Sequence record: MZ501069
Length of the DNA stretch: 51,777 bases
Source of the DNA: Escherichia phage FritzSarasin
Reading direction: 5' to 3' (one strand)
In this document: piece after piece, positions 10,411-20,776 of the stretch
How the letters are laid out: every line of letters begins with the position of its first letter
How positions within the stretch are numbered: the stretch's first letter is position 1
Program-made: the position numbers and the translations under genes
The notes under the pieces: generated by a model
Seen by the model: the letters and a program-made list of their open reading frames with translations, nothing else
Told to the model about the DNA's origin: nothing
Databases searched by the model: none

Positions 10411-10431
10411 GGGGCGTTGCGCCCCTTTTTT
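10411..10431 (+). terminator. rho-independent terminator
   Basis: GGGGCG-TTG-CGCCCC followed by TTTTTT. Confidence 0.65.
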
Positions 10432-10471
10432 CATTCCTGTAAAATCAATCTATCAAATAAATCAATTCCAC

Positions 10472-10490
10472 TTTTAACAAAAAGTGCTAT
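10472..10490 (-). promoter_or_regulatory. conserved motif copy, reverse orientation, abutting RBS of chaperone gene
   Basis: TTTTAACAAAAAGTGCTAT directly followed by AAGGAG and ATG 10505. Confidence 0.45.
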
Positions 10491-10504
10491 AAGGAGATCT
10501 TGAG

Positions 10505-10822
10505 ATGGCAAAGATGAAACTAACGTTAGGCCCACTGCCTGATTTTAAGCTACCTGTTTCTTTTGTGCTTCCAAATGGTGATGAGCAAGTTATTGTTTTT
10601 ACCGTGCGCCACAAGAAGGCAAGCGAGATTCACGAACGATACACGGCAGAAAAGCCGATGAGCGACGTAGAAATGATCACCTTCCTTGCTTCCGGTTGGG
10701 ATCTGGAAGATGAATTTAACGAGGAAAACGTTGCTAAATTGCTGGATTATTACCCTTCTGCGTCATTATCGCTGACTGGTCATTATATGAAAGCACTTGC
10801 GGGGCAGCGGGTAAAAAACTAA
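10505..10822 (+). CDS. tail assembly chaperone (lambda G-like)
   Basis: 105 aa immediately upstream of tape measure; ends just after a slippery heptamer. Confidence 0.7.
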   Translation: MAKMKLTLGPLPDFKLPVSFVLPNGDEQVIVFTVRHKKASEIHERYTAEKPMSDVEMITFLASGWDLEDEFNEENVAKLLDYYPSASLSLTGHYMKALAGQRVKN

Positions 10823-11139
10823 AGCGGGCGGTTTACCTGTTTTACCTCAAGCCGCCAACTGACGCACAATTAGAGGCCGTCGGCCTATCCCGTTCAGACT
10901 ACGAAGGGGAGGAGCCGCCGGAGGTAATTTTTGATGAATCAATGTTTCAATCTTGGGATCTGTTTTGCGCTATGCAGACGCAATGGAGATCGACTAGCGG
11001 CAGTGTGTATGGGTTCGACTATAACGTTTTGCCTATGCTTTTTGACATTTACAAGATTGAGGATCGGGAGATGGCGCTAAATGATTTGCGCATCATGGAA
11101 CAAAAGGCGCTAGAAATGATTCATTCAAACAAAACATAA
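10505..11139 (+). CDS. tail assembly chaperone G-T fusion (via -1 frameshift)
   Basis: G frame to 10819, then -1 frame to stop at 11139; about 212 aa fusion; same arrangement as lambda G/GT. Confidence 0.55.
10813..10819 (+). other. programmed -1 ribosomal frameshift site (A AAA AAC)
   Basis: Heptamer A_AAA_AAC in the G frame, 3 nt before the G stop; the -1 frame is open with no stop from 10819 to 11139. Confidence 0.6.
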
Positions 11140-11159
11140 GCGCCGCAAGGCGCTTTTTT
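11139..11159 (+). terminator. terminator-like hairpin
   Basis: AGCGCCGCAAGGCGCT followed by TTTTTT. Confidence 0.5.
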
Positions 11160-11178
11160 AATATCTGGAGGTTTTAAA

Positions 11179-13860
11179 ATGGCTGAGAAATACGCTGGCC
11201 TAACGCTAGGCGTTGACGTGTCGCAGGTCAACAATGCTGTTAAATCATTGCAGCAATTCAAGAAGGCAAACGACGACGCAAAAAAAAGCGTTAATGAATT
11301 TGTTGATTCTGAGGTTGTGGCGCGACAGCAAGCTAAACAGTTTGCCGAAGAACTGGCGCGCCAGAAAGCAGAGTTTAAGAAAATCCAGGAGTCAATTGAT
11401 CCCACAGCGTCAAAGATGGATAAGCTGCGAAAAGCAGCGACACAGCTTGATGCGCTATGGAAAAAAGGCGTTGTTCCTGATGAGACTTTTTTTGAGCTTG
11501 GGGCAATTCTTGAGACACAGCAAAACAAGCTGATCGCAACCAAAAAGGCGATGACAGAGGAAGGCCGCGCGGCGCTTGAGGAATCAAAGAACAAGGCGCG
11601 TGCAGCGGAAGAGGCTAAAAAATTCATCCAGGCTTTGCGTGAGCAGGAAGAAGCAGCCGGAAAAAGCAAGTCTGAATTGCTGGAAATGAAAGCGGCACAG
11701 CTTGGAGTTAGCCAGGAGGCGGCGCCTTACATCGCAAGACTGAAAGAGCAGGAAAAGCAGATTCAAAAACTTGGGATTTCTACAGGCCAATACAATCAAG
11801 CAATGAAGCTATTGCCAATGCAGATCACAGACGTGGTGACTTCACTTGCTTCTGGTATGCCTGTTTGGCTGGTCGCAATCCAGCAGGGCGGACAGATTAA
11901 GGATTCTTTTGGTGGCGCATCCAATGCTTTAAAAGCGTTGCTATCTTTCCTGAATCCGGTAAACGTGGCTTTTGGCTTGCTTTCCGGCACGCTGGCAATT
12001 GCTGCATATAATGCCTACAAAACACAGACAGAGTTTGAGGCAATTAAAAAAACCGTTCAGGAAACAACTGGCTTGACTGGTGATTTTGCCGAAAAGATTG
12101 CTACAGGAATCCAGGAGCTTTCCGACAAGACGGGAGAAAGCGCAGAAGATCTGGCAAAGGCTTACATCACCACGAAAGACGGCGCGAGCGAGGCGATTAA
12201 AAAACTGGTTGACGTTGGCATGACTTATGATGATGCAAAAAAGAAAGTCAACGAGTACAAAGGCGCGTCTAGCTTTGTCAGCTTGAATAACGAAATTGCA
12301 AACCACAAAAACAAAGTCCTTGAGTTGGGCGACTCGTGGTATGAAGTTTTGAAAGCGAAGCGTGATTACGCTTCCCCGTCCGGCGGCCTGTTAGGTAAAG
12401 AGCTTGGCTATGTTAATCCTATGCTTAAGTTTGCACTTAACACTTATGAAGACATTGGAAAGGTCGTAAAAGATGCGAATAAGGACATGGCTGAACGAGC
12501 GGAGCGAATCGACAAAGAAAACCTTGCATTGAACAGAGTGAGAGCAGCGCAGGAGGCTTTAAACAAAGCCATTGAGGATCAGAAGGGTGTGGCGCGTTCG
12601 GCTGATGAAGAACTGAAAAAGCGTGCGGCTGAAAACGTGGAGTTCAGACGCAAAGAGCTTGAGGAGATCAAGAAGCAGGAGCAGAAAAAGAAAGAGGCTA
12701 AAGGCGGAATAGTTCGCGGACCAACTGAGCAGCTTGATAAAGAGTTGTACGTTTTAAAAGCGCAACTGGAAACGCTTAAAGAGCATCGCACTGTTAACGA
12801 TGTTATTTCTCGCCAGCGTAAATCTTTATGGAGCATCGAAAAGCAGATCGAGATCCTAGAGGATGCGCAGAGCAAGCGTAAATTGACCGGAGCGGAACAG
12901 GCGCTACTAAACGAGCAAAAAGCCGTTTTGGAAATGGCAAGGCAAAAGGCTGAATTAGGGGATCAGATTGTTTTGCAGGAGCGCAAAAACAAGCTGGAGC
13001 AAGATAGCATTAAGTTTATCCGTGAAACGCAGGCGGCTATTGATGTGCTTGGCCTTAAGCAACTTGGCTACACTGAAAAGCAGATCGAGCGTGAGCTAGA
13101 GTTACGCAAGCTGCGCACCGACTACGAGGCGCAAGGAGGAAGCGTTAGCGATGAAGTTTTTCAGCAAATGGGGGCGAAACTTAAGCAGTATTATCAGACA
13201 CAGGATGAGGTTCAAGGCAACTGGTTGGCAGGAGCAAAAAACGCATGGGAGCTATTCGCGGAAGATGCAAACAATGCCTATGGCAATGTTCAGCAGATCG
13301 CAAGCGAGGCGTTAAACGGCCTTACAAACCAATTAGCGAATTTTATCGCTACTGGCAAGGCAAACTTTAAAGACTTCTCGACGGCTATCATCAAAATGAT
13401 TATTCAGATGATCACGAAAATGGTTGTCTTTAATGCGTTATCTGGCCTGATGGGTGGTCAAACCTGGACGATGGGGAGCTTGCTTAAGAACATTGGCGGA
13501 TTTGCTGGCGGTGGATACACTGGCGACGGCGGGAAGTATGAGCCAGCCGGAATTGTCCATAAAGGTGAATTTGTCATGACGAAGGAGGCGACGCAGCGTA
13601 TCGGGGTAGGCAACTTGTACCGCATGATGCGAGGCTATGCTAACGGCGGCGTTGTTGGTAGTTCCGGCTATACTGGCGGTGGCGCTGTCACTGGTGGAGC
13701 ACCTCAATTTAACATTGGTGGGATTGATGTTAGCATCAATAACGGCAGCGATCCGAAGGGCATCGAAACTGGCGTTAAGATGATCTTTACTGATATGATT
13801 AAACGTTCCTGTATGCAGGGCGGAGAGGTTTACGAATTTGTTATGAGCAAGCGAGGTTGA
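11179..13860 (+). CDS. tail tape measure protein
   Basis: 893 aa; long coiled-coil-rich region, hydrophobic segments, glycine-rich C-terminus; position after G/G-T. Confidence 0.9.
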   Translation: MAEKYAGLTLGVDVSQVNNAVKSLQQFKKANDDAKKSVNEFVDSEVVARQQAKQFAEELARQKAEFKKIQESIDPTASKMDKLRKAATQLDALWKKGVVPDETFFELGAILETQQNKLIATKKAMTEEGRAALEESKNKARAAEEAKKFIQALREQEEAAGKSKSELLEMKAAQLGVSQEAAPYIARLKEQEKQIQKLGISTGQYNQAMKLLPMQITDVVTSLASGMPVWLVAIQQGGQIKDSFGGASNALKALLSFLNPVNVAFGLLSGTLAIAAYNAYKTQTEFEAIKKTVQETTGLTGDFAEKIATGIQELSDKTGESAEDLAKAYITTKDGASEAIKKLVDVGMTYDDAKKKVNEYKGASSFVSLNNEIANHKNKVLELGDSWYEVLKAKRDYASPSGGLLGKELGYVNPMLKFALNTYEDIGKVVKDANKDMAERAERIDKENLALNRVRAAQEALNKAIEDQKGVARSADEELKKRAAENVEFRRKELEEIKKQEQKKKEAKGGIVRGPTEQLDKELYVLKAQLETLKEHRTVNDVISRQRKSLWSIEKQIEILEDAQSKRKLTGAEQALLNEQKAVLEMARQKAELGDQIVLQERKNKLEQDSIKFIRETQAAIDVLGLKQLGYTEKQIERELELRKLRTDYEAQGGSVSDEVFQQMGAKLKQYYQTQDEVQGNWLAGAKNAWELFAEDANNAYGNVQQIASEALNGLTNQLANFIATGKANFKDFSTAIIKMIIQMITKMVVFNALSGLMGGQTWTMGSLLKNIGGFAGGGYTGDGGKYEPAGIVHKGEFVMTKEATQRIGVGNLYRMMRGYANGGVVGSSGYTGGGAVTGGAPQFNIGGIDVSINNGSDPKGIETGVKMIFTDMIKRSCMQGGEVYEFVMSKRG

Positions 13861-13862
13861 TA

Positions 13863-14213
13863 ATGAAGCTGGATCAGTTTAAGTGGTGTACGCAGGTTCA
13901 GAATGGCGGCGGGGCCATGACGTCATCGAATAACGATCGAGAGATTGCATTCGGTAACGGATACACACAGGTAGCATCTGGAGGTTTTAACACAATCCGG
14001 CGAGAGTTTAGCATTGTTTACGTTGGGCTTGACTACAGAGATGTTGTCAATTTCCTGAATGAGCACAGGCTAAAACCTTTCTTGTGGATCATGCCTGATG
14101 GAAGCCCTGGACTGTTCAGGGTGAAAAGCGGTAGCGTCGGCCTTACTCCACTGTCGCCAACCGTTCAGGAAGTAAAAGCCACTTTTACGGAGCAATTTAC
14201 ATCAATGCAGTAA
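13863..14213 (+). CDS. minor tail protein (lambda M-like)
   Basis: About 117 aa right after tape measure; order M-L-K-I-J. Confidence 0.75.
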   Translation: MKLDQFKWCTQVQNGGGAMTSSNNDREIAFGNGYTQVASGGFNTIRREFSIVYVGLDYRDVVNFLNEHRLKPFLWIMPDGSPGLFRVKSGSVGLTPLSPTVQEVKATFTEQFTSMQ

Positions 14214-14217
14214 TTTA

Positions 14218-14242
14218 AAGCCGCCTTTGTGCGGCTTTTTTA
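14218..14242 (+). terminator. terminator-like hairpin
   Basis: AAAGCCGC-CTTTGT-GCGGCTTT followed by TTTTATT. Confidence 0.5.
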
Positions 14243-14275
14243 TTGATGTTACAATGAGCAAAAAGGAGGTAGAAA

Positions 14276-15037
14276 ATGGCTAATAAAGAATCAGGTAGAG
14301 TTGAATTTGAGAACTGCCTACAAAGTTTGTACCCAGGAGAAATTATAACGCTTGTAGAGATTGACGGGACGAAGTTCGGGGCAAATATTTACCGATTTCA
14401 CAATGAGAACATCTCTTATACTGCCGAAGAATTAATGCAAGCGCAGCAAACCGGAATCTTGCCGCCGAAAGATATTATTTTCCGTGGTGAGGTTTACGGA
14501 GCGCGGCCTTTCGGTGTGAGCGGGATTAACTTCACAAGTAACGGCAGGGCAGATAAGCCTCAGCTTATAGTGTCAAACCTTGACAGCAGGGTTAGCTCCA
14601 TGATCAGAAATTACAATGGCATGATGCAAGCAAAGGTGACTTTCTGGATCACGGCAAGGGAATTTATCGGAGAAGACGGAGCAATCAAAGATGGCGCTTA
14701 CAGAAAATTGGTTTATTACATTGAGCGCCCAAGCCAGTACAATAGAGAGGTGGCGAAATTTGATCTGACATCGCCTTACGATATGGATGGATTAATGATC
14801 CCGCCTCGCATCACTCAAAGCGTTTGCTATTGGGCGCAAAGGGGGTGGTACAGGAGCGGAAAGGGTTGCTCTTATAACGGATCGGCAATGTTCGATAAAG
14901 ACAATAAGCCAGTAACAGATCCATCACAAGACTATTGCGCCGGAACTGTAACGGCTTGCAAATTGAGATTCGGTCAGCAAAACGAGTTGGATTTCGGCGG
15001 TTGCGCGGTGGCGTCACTGCTACGGAGGAATCAATAA
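14276..15037 (+). CDS. minor tail protein (lambda L-like)
   Basis: 253 aa; C-terminal cysteine cluster (C..C..C) as in the Fe-S-binding gpL family. Confidence 0.8.
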   Translation: MANKESGRVEFENCLQSLYPGEIITLVEIDGTKFGANIYRFHNENISYTAEELMQAQQTGILPPKDIIFRGEVYGARPFGVSGINFTSNGRADKPQLIVSNLDSRVSSMIRNYNGMMQAKVTFWITAREFIGEDGAIKDGAYRKLVYYIERPSQYNREVAKFDLTSPYDMDGLMIPPRITQSVCYWAQRGWYRSGKGCSYNGSAMFDKDNKPVTDPSQDYCAGTVTACKLRFGQQNELDFGGCAVASLLRRNQ

Positions 15038-15768
15038 TGATTAGTGCAAAAATTAAACTTGAAATAATGCAGCACGTTAAAGAGGAATACCCTAAAGAGG
15101 CTTGCGGCGTCATAACTCAAAAGTCACGGGTACAGAAATATCACCGCATAACCAACGTGCATGACGATCCAGAAAATCATTTTGAAATGGACGCCGTAGA
15201 ATACGCTGAATCGCTCGACAAAGGCGAATTAGTCGCGGTGGTGCATTCCCATTGCGGGGATGGTGCTAGTACGATACCGAGCGCGCACGACTCATGTATG
15301 TGCGATGAAATGGGTGTGTCGTGGATTATAGTGTCATGGCCCGAAGGTGATATGAGAATTGTCGAGCCGCAGGAGAGGCCGCTTATCGGTCGCCCGTGGT
15401 CGCTTGGGTCGTTCGATTGCTGGGGTCTTATCATGGCGTGGCATAAACAGCACGGAGTAGTATTGAATGACTTCCGAAAGCCTTACGAGTGGTGGAAGTC
15501 AGAATATGGTGAAAATCTTTACCAGGATAATTATTTAAAAGAGGGATTTATTGAAACTAACGAGCCTCCAAAACCTGGCGATATGGTGATTATGCAGCTA
15601 TCATCGCCAGTCTGGAATCATGCGGGGATTTATTTGGGTAACAACCAGCTATTACATCATGCGTTTGGAAAGTTATCTCGCATCGACTTGTATTCTGGAT
15701 GGTATCAGGAGCACACTGTAAAAATTTGCCGACATAAGGATCTGAAATATGACATTGAAAGTAATTAA
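15037..15768 (+). CDS. tail assembly protein (lambda K-like, MPN/JAB + NlpC/P60)
   Basis: ATG 15037 overlaps L stop (TAATG); JAB motif VVHSHCGDGASTIPSAHD; later Cys/His residues consistent with NlpC/P60. Confidence 0.8.
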   Translation: MISAKIKLEIMQHVKEEYPKEACGVITQKSRVQKYHRITNVHDDPENHFEMDAVEYAESLDKGELVAVVHSHCGDGASTIPSAHDSCMCDEMGVSWIIVSWPEGDMRIVEPQERPLIGRPWSLGSFDCWGLIMAWHKQHGVVLNDFRKPYEWWKSEYGENLYQDNYLKEGFIETNEPPKPGDMVIMQLSSPVWNHAGIYLGNNQLLHHAFGKLSRIDLYSGWYQEHTVKICRHKDLKYDIESN

Positions 15769-16348
15769 GTTATCTGGTTCCCTGGGTCGTAGATTTGGCG
15801 TCTTTCACAAAATGGCGGTTGACTCATACCCCGAGGCAATACGCGCGTTATCTTCCCAGGTTGAAGGGTTCAAAGACTACATGCAAAGCGAGGTTGGGTC
15901 GCGTATGCGTTACGCTGTTATTGTTGACGGCAAAGAGATTAGCCAGCATGACGAACGCACTTGGAAATGCGCGAAAGAGGTCAGGATAATTCCAATTCCC
16001 ACGGGGTCGAAGTCAGGAGGGCTGTTCCAATCCATACTTGGTGTTACCATCATGGCGGTGGCAGTGATTGCAAGTGGCGGCGTGGCGGCAATGATGGCTA
16101 GTTCGTTTGCGTCTTCTGCTTTCCTCATGGGTGGTGCTATCGCGCTTGGCGGTGTCATGCAAATGATCTCGCCGCAGCAGGGCGGAATGAAACTGCAAAG
16201 CCAATCAGCAGAAAACAGGCCTTCTTACGCTTTCGGCGGTGCAGTAAATACCACGGCGGCAGGTTATCCGGTTCCTTTGCCATATGGATATAGGACGGTA
16301 GGCGGCGCGATCTGGTCGGCTGGAAGCTACGCAGAAGATAAAGCATAA
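15749..16348 (+). CDS. tail assembly protein (lambda I-like)
   Basis: 199 aa; hydrophobic glycine/alanine-rich C-terminal region; between K and J. Confidence 0.7.
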   Translation: MTLKVIKLSGSLGRRFGVFHKMAVDSYPEAIRALSSQVEGFKDYMQSEVGSRMRYAVIVDGKEISQHDERTWKCAKEVRIIPIPTGSKSGGLFQSILGVTIMAVAVIASGGVAAMMASSFASSAFLMGGAIALGGVMQMISPQQGGMKLQSQSAENRPSYAFGGAVNTTAAGYPVPLPYGYRTVGGAIWSAGSYAEDKA

Positions 16349-16354
16349 AAAAAT

Positions 16355-16377
16355 ACCCGCCTTGCGCGGGTTTTTTT
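16355..16377 (+). terminator. rho-independent terminator
   Basis: ACCCGCC-TTG-CGCGGGT followed by TTTTTTT. Confidence 0.6.
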
Positions 16378-16426
16378 GTGCCTTTATAATGTGCAAACCA
16401 AGAAACAGCACAAAAGGTTAAAAGTC

Positions 16427-19400
16427 ATGGCTAAATATATGATAAGCGGCAGTAAGGGAGGCGGTCAAAAGCCCTACGTGCCAAAAGAGATGGAAGATAA
16501 CCTGATCTCGATAAACAAGATTAAAGTTTTGCTGGCTGTATCTGATGGCGAGTGCGATCCAGATTTTACGTTGCGCGATCTTTATCTTGATGATGTTCCG
16601 GTTATTGCCAGCGATGGCACTGTTAACTACGAGGGAGTTACGGCTGAATATAGACCAGGTACGCAGACGCAAGATTACATCCAGGGTTTTACTGACACAT
16701 CAAGTGAGGTTACAGTTGCCAGAGATATTACCGGAGACAATCCTTATGTTATTTCTGTTACAAATAAAAACCTATCTGCGGTAAGAATAAAGATCCTGAT
16801 GCCAGTAGGCATTAAGCAGGAGGATAACGGCGATCTTGTTGGCGTAAGGGTTGAGTATGCCGTAGATATGGCTGTTGATGGCGGTTCTTATAGCGAGGTT
16901 ATGAGAGATGTAATTGACGGCAAGACAAGATCAGGATACGACCGCAGCAGAAGGATTGATCTTCCTAAGTTTGATGAGCGCGTTTTAATCAGGGTTAAGC
17001 GACTTACCCCAGACAGCACATCTTCAAAGGTGACTGATAAAATCAAACTGCAAAGTTACGCTGAGGTTGTGGATGCAAAATTCCGTTATCCTCTGACTGG
17101 CCTTGTATTTGTAGAATTTGACAGCGAATTGTTTCCTACACAAATCCCTAACATTTCTATAAAAAAGAAATGGAAGATTATTAATGTGCCAAGCAACTAT
17201 GATCCAATATCAAGAGAATATCACGGGTCATGGGATGGGACTTTTAAAAAAGCGTGGTCAAATAATCCTGCATGGGTTCTTTATGATCTGGTGACGAATC
17301 AGCGTTATGGACTTGACCAGCGAGAGTTAGGAATACAGATCGACAAGTGGAGCTTATACGAGGCAGGCGTTTACTGTGATCAGAAAGTTCCAGACGGCAA
17401 GGGCGGTACAGAGCCTCGCTACCTATGCGATGTGGTGATCCAGAATCAGGTTGAGGCTTATCAGCTAATCCGTGACATTTGCTCAATCTTTCGCGGAATG
17501 AGCTTTTGGAATGGAGAGAGCTTATCAATCGTAATTGATAAACCGCGCGATCCATCATACGTGTTTACTAATGAAAACGTCATCAACGGTGATTTTCAGT
17601 ACACAGCAGCAAGCGAAAAAAGCATGTACACGCAATGTAATGTGACGTTTGACGACGAACAAAACATGTATCAGCAGGACGTAGAGGGGGTTTTTGATAC
17701 TGAGGCGGCATTACGATTTGGATACAATCCAACAAGCATTACAGCGATCGGGTGTACACGCAGGAGCGAAGCGAATCGTCGCGGTCGGTGGGTTTTGAAA
17801 ACAAACCTTAGAAGCACTACTGTAAACTTTGCTACCGGACTAGAGGGGATGATTCCATCCATAGGTGATGTGATTGCTATCGCTGATAATTTTCAGAGCA
17901 GCAATATAACGTTAAATCTTTCGGGCCGAGTAATGGAAGTTTCAGGCTTGCAAGTTTTCGTTCCGTTTAAAGTTGATGCGCGCCCTGGTGATTTTATTAT
18001 CATCAATAAGCCGGACGGCAAGCCAGTTAAGCGAACGATCTCAAAGGTGAGCGCAGACGGAAAAACCATTGAGTTAAATATTGGCTTTGGTTTTGATGTT
18101 AAGCCTGATACTGTTTTTGCGATTGACCGTACTGACCTTGCGTTGCAGCAATACGTTGTGACAACTATCAGCAAGGGTGATGACGAAAACGAGTTTACCT
18201 TTTCAATCACGGCTGTGGAGTACGATCCGAACAAATACGACGAGATTGATTATGGCGTAAACATTGATGACAGGCCAACTTCAATTGTTCAGCCTGACGT
18301 GATGGCAGCGCCGGAGAATGTTCAGATCTCATCTTATTCTCGCGTCGTGCAGGGTGTTAGCGTTGAAACTATGGTTGTTTCATGGGATAAGGTTCCTTAC
18401 GCATCGCTTTATGAAATGCAGTGGCGAAAAGGTGATGGTAACTGGCTGAATACGCCGCAGACCGCTAACAAAGAGATAGAGGTAGAAGGAATTTATTCAG
18501 GCAACTACCAAGTAAGGGTTAGATCTGTTTCTGCAAGTGGGAACACCTCCCCGTGGTCAAAGATTGTAACCGCCACCCTGACAGGTAAAGTTGGCGAGCC
18601 AGGAGCGCCGATTAATCTTACAGCTTCTGATAATGAAGTTTTTGGCATTCGTGTCAAATGGGGTATGCCGGAAGGATCAGGAGATACGGCTTACATTGAG
18701 CTTCACCAATCGCCAGATGGAACGGTGGAAAACTCAAGTTTGCTTACGCTGATCCCGTATCCTCAATATGAGTATTGGCATAGTACGTTACCAGCGGGGA
18801 AAGTTGTATGGTATAGAATCCGTAGCGTTGACAGAATAGGAAACGTTTCCGGCTGGACTGACTTTGTTCGTGGCATGGCGTCAGATGATGTTGAATCTGT
18901 TTTAGGCGACATTCTGGACAAGATTTTTGATACCGAAGCTGGTCAAGAAATCAAAGAGAACGCCATAGACAGTGCCAACAAAATCAAAGACCAAGCGCAA
19001 TCAATCATCCAGAACGCTTTGGCAAATGATTCTGATGTTAGAGTTATGAGAAAGGAGAATGGGAAACGGAAAGCTGAATTTAGGCAATCTATACAGATGA
19101 TTGCTGATGAAACAGAGGCAAGGGTAACAGCGTTAACGCAATTAAAAGCAGAATTTGATGAGGAGATAACTAGCGAAGTAACAAGACTTGATCAGGCGAT
19201 CGCAACAGAATCAGAAACGCGAGCAACAGCTATAGAGGAATTAAAATCACAGATTGGTGATGATATACAGGGGCAGTTAACGAGAGTTGAGGAAGCGATT
19301 GCAAGCGAAACAGAGGCGCGCGTTTCTGCCGATACTGCATTAACGGCAAAGTTTGGTGATCTTGAGTCGGCACTTACTGAAAAACTTGATTCATGGGCTG

Positions 19401-19852
19401 GCGTTGATTCCGTTGGTGCTCAATATTCAATGAAGCTGGGCCTAACCTATAACGGTCAGCAGTACAGCGCCGGAATGGTTATGCAGTTAACGCAATCACC
19501 GCAAGGATTAATATCACAGATTCTGTTTGACGCTAACAGATTCGCGATCATGACAAGTTCTAGCGGCGGGGCATATACGCTTCCTTTCGTGGTTGAGAAT
19601 AACCAGGTTTTCATCAATAGCTTACTTGTGAAAGATGGTTCAATAACTAATGCCATGATTGGAAACTTTATTCAGTCAAACAATTTTGTTCAAAATCAGC
19701 AAGGTTGGAGGCTTGATAAAAACGGAACATTTGAAAACTACGGATCAACTCCAGGAGAGGGAGCTACTAAATTCACCAACGAAGGATTGAAGGTAAAAGA
19801 TGCAAACGGAGTATTGAGGGTTGAAGTCGGAAGGATTACCGGAAGCTGGTAA
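16427..19852 (+). CDS. host specificity protein / central tail fibre (lambda J-like)
   Basis: About 1140 aa from ATG 16427 (track start 16376 lies inside the terminator); last gene of the tail module. Confidence 0.85.
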   Translation: MAKYMISGSKGGGQKPYVPKEMEDNLISINKIKVLLAVSDGECDPDFTLRDLYLDDVPVIASDGTVNYEGVTAEYRPGTQTQDYIQGFTDTSSEVTVARDITGDNPYVISVTNKNLSAVRIKILMPVGIKQEDNGDLVGVRVEYAVDMAVDGGSYSEVMRDVIDGKTRSGYDRSRRIDLPKFDERVLIRVKRLTPDSTSSKVTDKIKLQSYAEVVDAKFRYPLTGLVFVEFDSELFPTQIPNISIKKKWKIINVPSNYDPISREYHGSWDGTFKKAWSNNPAWVLYDLVTNQRYGLDQRELGIQIDKWSLYEAGVYCDQKVPDGKGGTEPRYLCDVVIQNQVEAYQLIRDICSIFRGMSFWNGESLSIVIDKPRDPSYVFTNENVINGDFQYTAASEKSMYTQCNVTFDDEQNMYQQDVEGVFDTEAALRFGYNPTSITAIGCTRRSEANRRGRWVLKTNLRSTTVNFATGLEGMIPSIGDVIAIADNFQSSNITLNLSGRVMEVSGLQVFVPFKVDARPGDFIIINKPDGKPVKRTISKVSADGKTIELNIGFGFDVKPDTVFAIDRTDLALQQYVVTTISKGDDENEFTFSITAVEYDPNKYDEIDYGVNIDDRPTSIVQPDVMAAPENVQISSYSRVVQGVSVETMVVSWDKVPYASLYEMQWRKGDGNWLNTPQTANKEIEVEGIYSGNYQVRVRSVSASGNTSPWSKIVTATLTGKVGEPGAPINLTASDNEVFGIRVKWGMPEGSGDTAYIELHQSPDGTVENSSLLTLIPYPQYEYWHSTLPAGKVVWYRIRSVDRIGNVSGWTDFVRGMASDDVESVLGDILDKIFDTEAGQEIKENAIDSANKIKDQAQSIIQNALANDSDVRVMRKENGKRKAEFRQSIQMIADETEARVTALTQLKAEFDEEITSEVTRLDQAIATESETRATAIEELKSQIGDDIQGQLTRVEEAIASETEARVSADTALTAKFGDLESALTEKLDSWAGVDSVGAQYSMKLGLTYNGQQYSAGMVMQLTQSPQGLISQILFDANRFAIMTSSSGGAYTLPFVVENNQVFINSLLVKDGSITNAMIGNFIQSNNFVQNQQGWRLDKNGTFENYGSTPGEGATKFTNEGLKVKDANGVLRVEVGRITGSW

Positions 19853-19875
19853 AAAAAAGGGGGCGTAGCCCCCTT
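19853..19875. terminator. bidirectional terminator
   Basis: AAAAAAAA-GGGGGCGTAGCCCCC-TTTAATT between convergent genes. Confidence 0.6.
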
Positions 19876-19880
19876 TAATT

Positions 19881-20507
19881 TTAATCATAGTGTGATGCAT
19901 TTATAACCAAAACAGATGAAGCGGTGTAAATACCAACAGGTCCAGGGGTTTGTGCAACCTGCCTAGAAAAAGAGTAGATCCCGTTACCATACGCGGCAGC
20001 TTGAGACTCAAAAATCATAAATCCACCTAAAGCCGGATTAGGTACAGAGTTTAACGCTGTTAGTGATGGCATTATTGCGCAAGGGTAGCCCAGGTTAACA
20101 TCAAACGCGATCCCGCTCACACCAACTTGCTTTGCATCAAGCGGCCTCATTTTTCCATGATAAACCATTTCACCATGAGCGTTATAAAACGCTATGCCGT
20201 GACTACCTGGAGGAGTCACCATGTTACTAAAAGCATAAACAATAACCTCCCCTTGATTATCAGATCTATCAATTCTTATTGCGTGCCTTCCACCATTGTT
20301 AAATTGCGTAAATGATATGTATGATTTAGCAGTCAATCTAACAAAGAAAAAACATACCCTATCAACAGGAATTGACGAAGTAAAAACGGTTCCGGTATTA
20401 GCAGATATTACGGCCCGATCAATTAGATTAACTGGAGTGAAATCTGGACTTAACCATAACGATCCGTCTGGTTTTTTTATGCTCATCCCGTACATTATCA
20501 CCCCCAA
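19881..20507 (-). CDS. hypothetical protein (cor-like operon, distal gene)
   Basis: 208 aa; start overlaps stop of upstream ORF by 10 nt. Confidence 0.55.
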   Translation of the reverse strand: MGVIMYGMSIKKPDGSLWLSPDFTPVNLIDRAVISANTGTVFTSSIPVDRVCFFFVRLTAKSYISFTQFNNGGRHAIRIDRSDNQGEVIVYAFSNMVTPPGSHGIAFYNAHGEMVYHGKMRPLDAKQVGVSGIAFDVNLGYPCAIMPSLTALNSVPNPALGGFMIFESQAAAYGNGIYSFSRQVAQTPGPVGIYTASSVLVINASHYD

Positions 20508-20776
20508 AAAGTATATATATATCTTGAATCAGATCCAGAAAGTCCACTCCATGTAACGGTGTCGCCACTTACTCCTAAGCTTGGTGCGCCAGGGTCGCCA
20601 CCGCGCCAGGAATTCATGCCAACATATATTGCTTTCAATGATTTACCTGGCGGCCTGTTTTGGTAAGTCTTGCTACCTGATGGCTGAGTGAATTTATCAA
20701 GAAAGAAAACAGGCGTTAAAAGTCCTGTAACTTCCCTCCCTCGATCGTCATATATTGCATAACCATATTGCGCCAT
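20498..20776 (-). CDS. hypothetical protein (cor-like operon, middle gene)
   Basis: 92 aa; start overlaps lipoprotein stop by 1 nt (TAATG). Confidence 0.5.
   Translation of the reverse strand: MAQYGYAIYDDRGREVTGLLTPVFFLDKFTQPSGSKTYQNRPPGKSLKAIYVGMNSWRGGDPGAPSLGVSGDTVTWSGLSGSDSRYIYTFWG

Noticed and set aside
11121-13707. Antisense ORFs inside the tape measure gene (11121-11669, 11941-12306, 12579-12875, 13438-13707, minus strand)
   Set aside because: They lie entirely within a long, well-supported coding region on the other strand, have no RBS, and have low-complexity translations. The same reasoning applies to most other track ORFs that overlap confident genes on the opposite strand.
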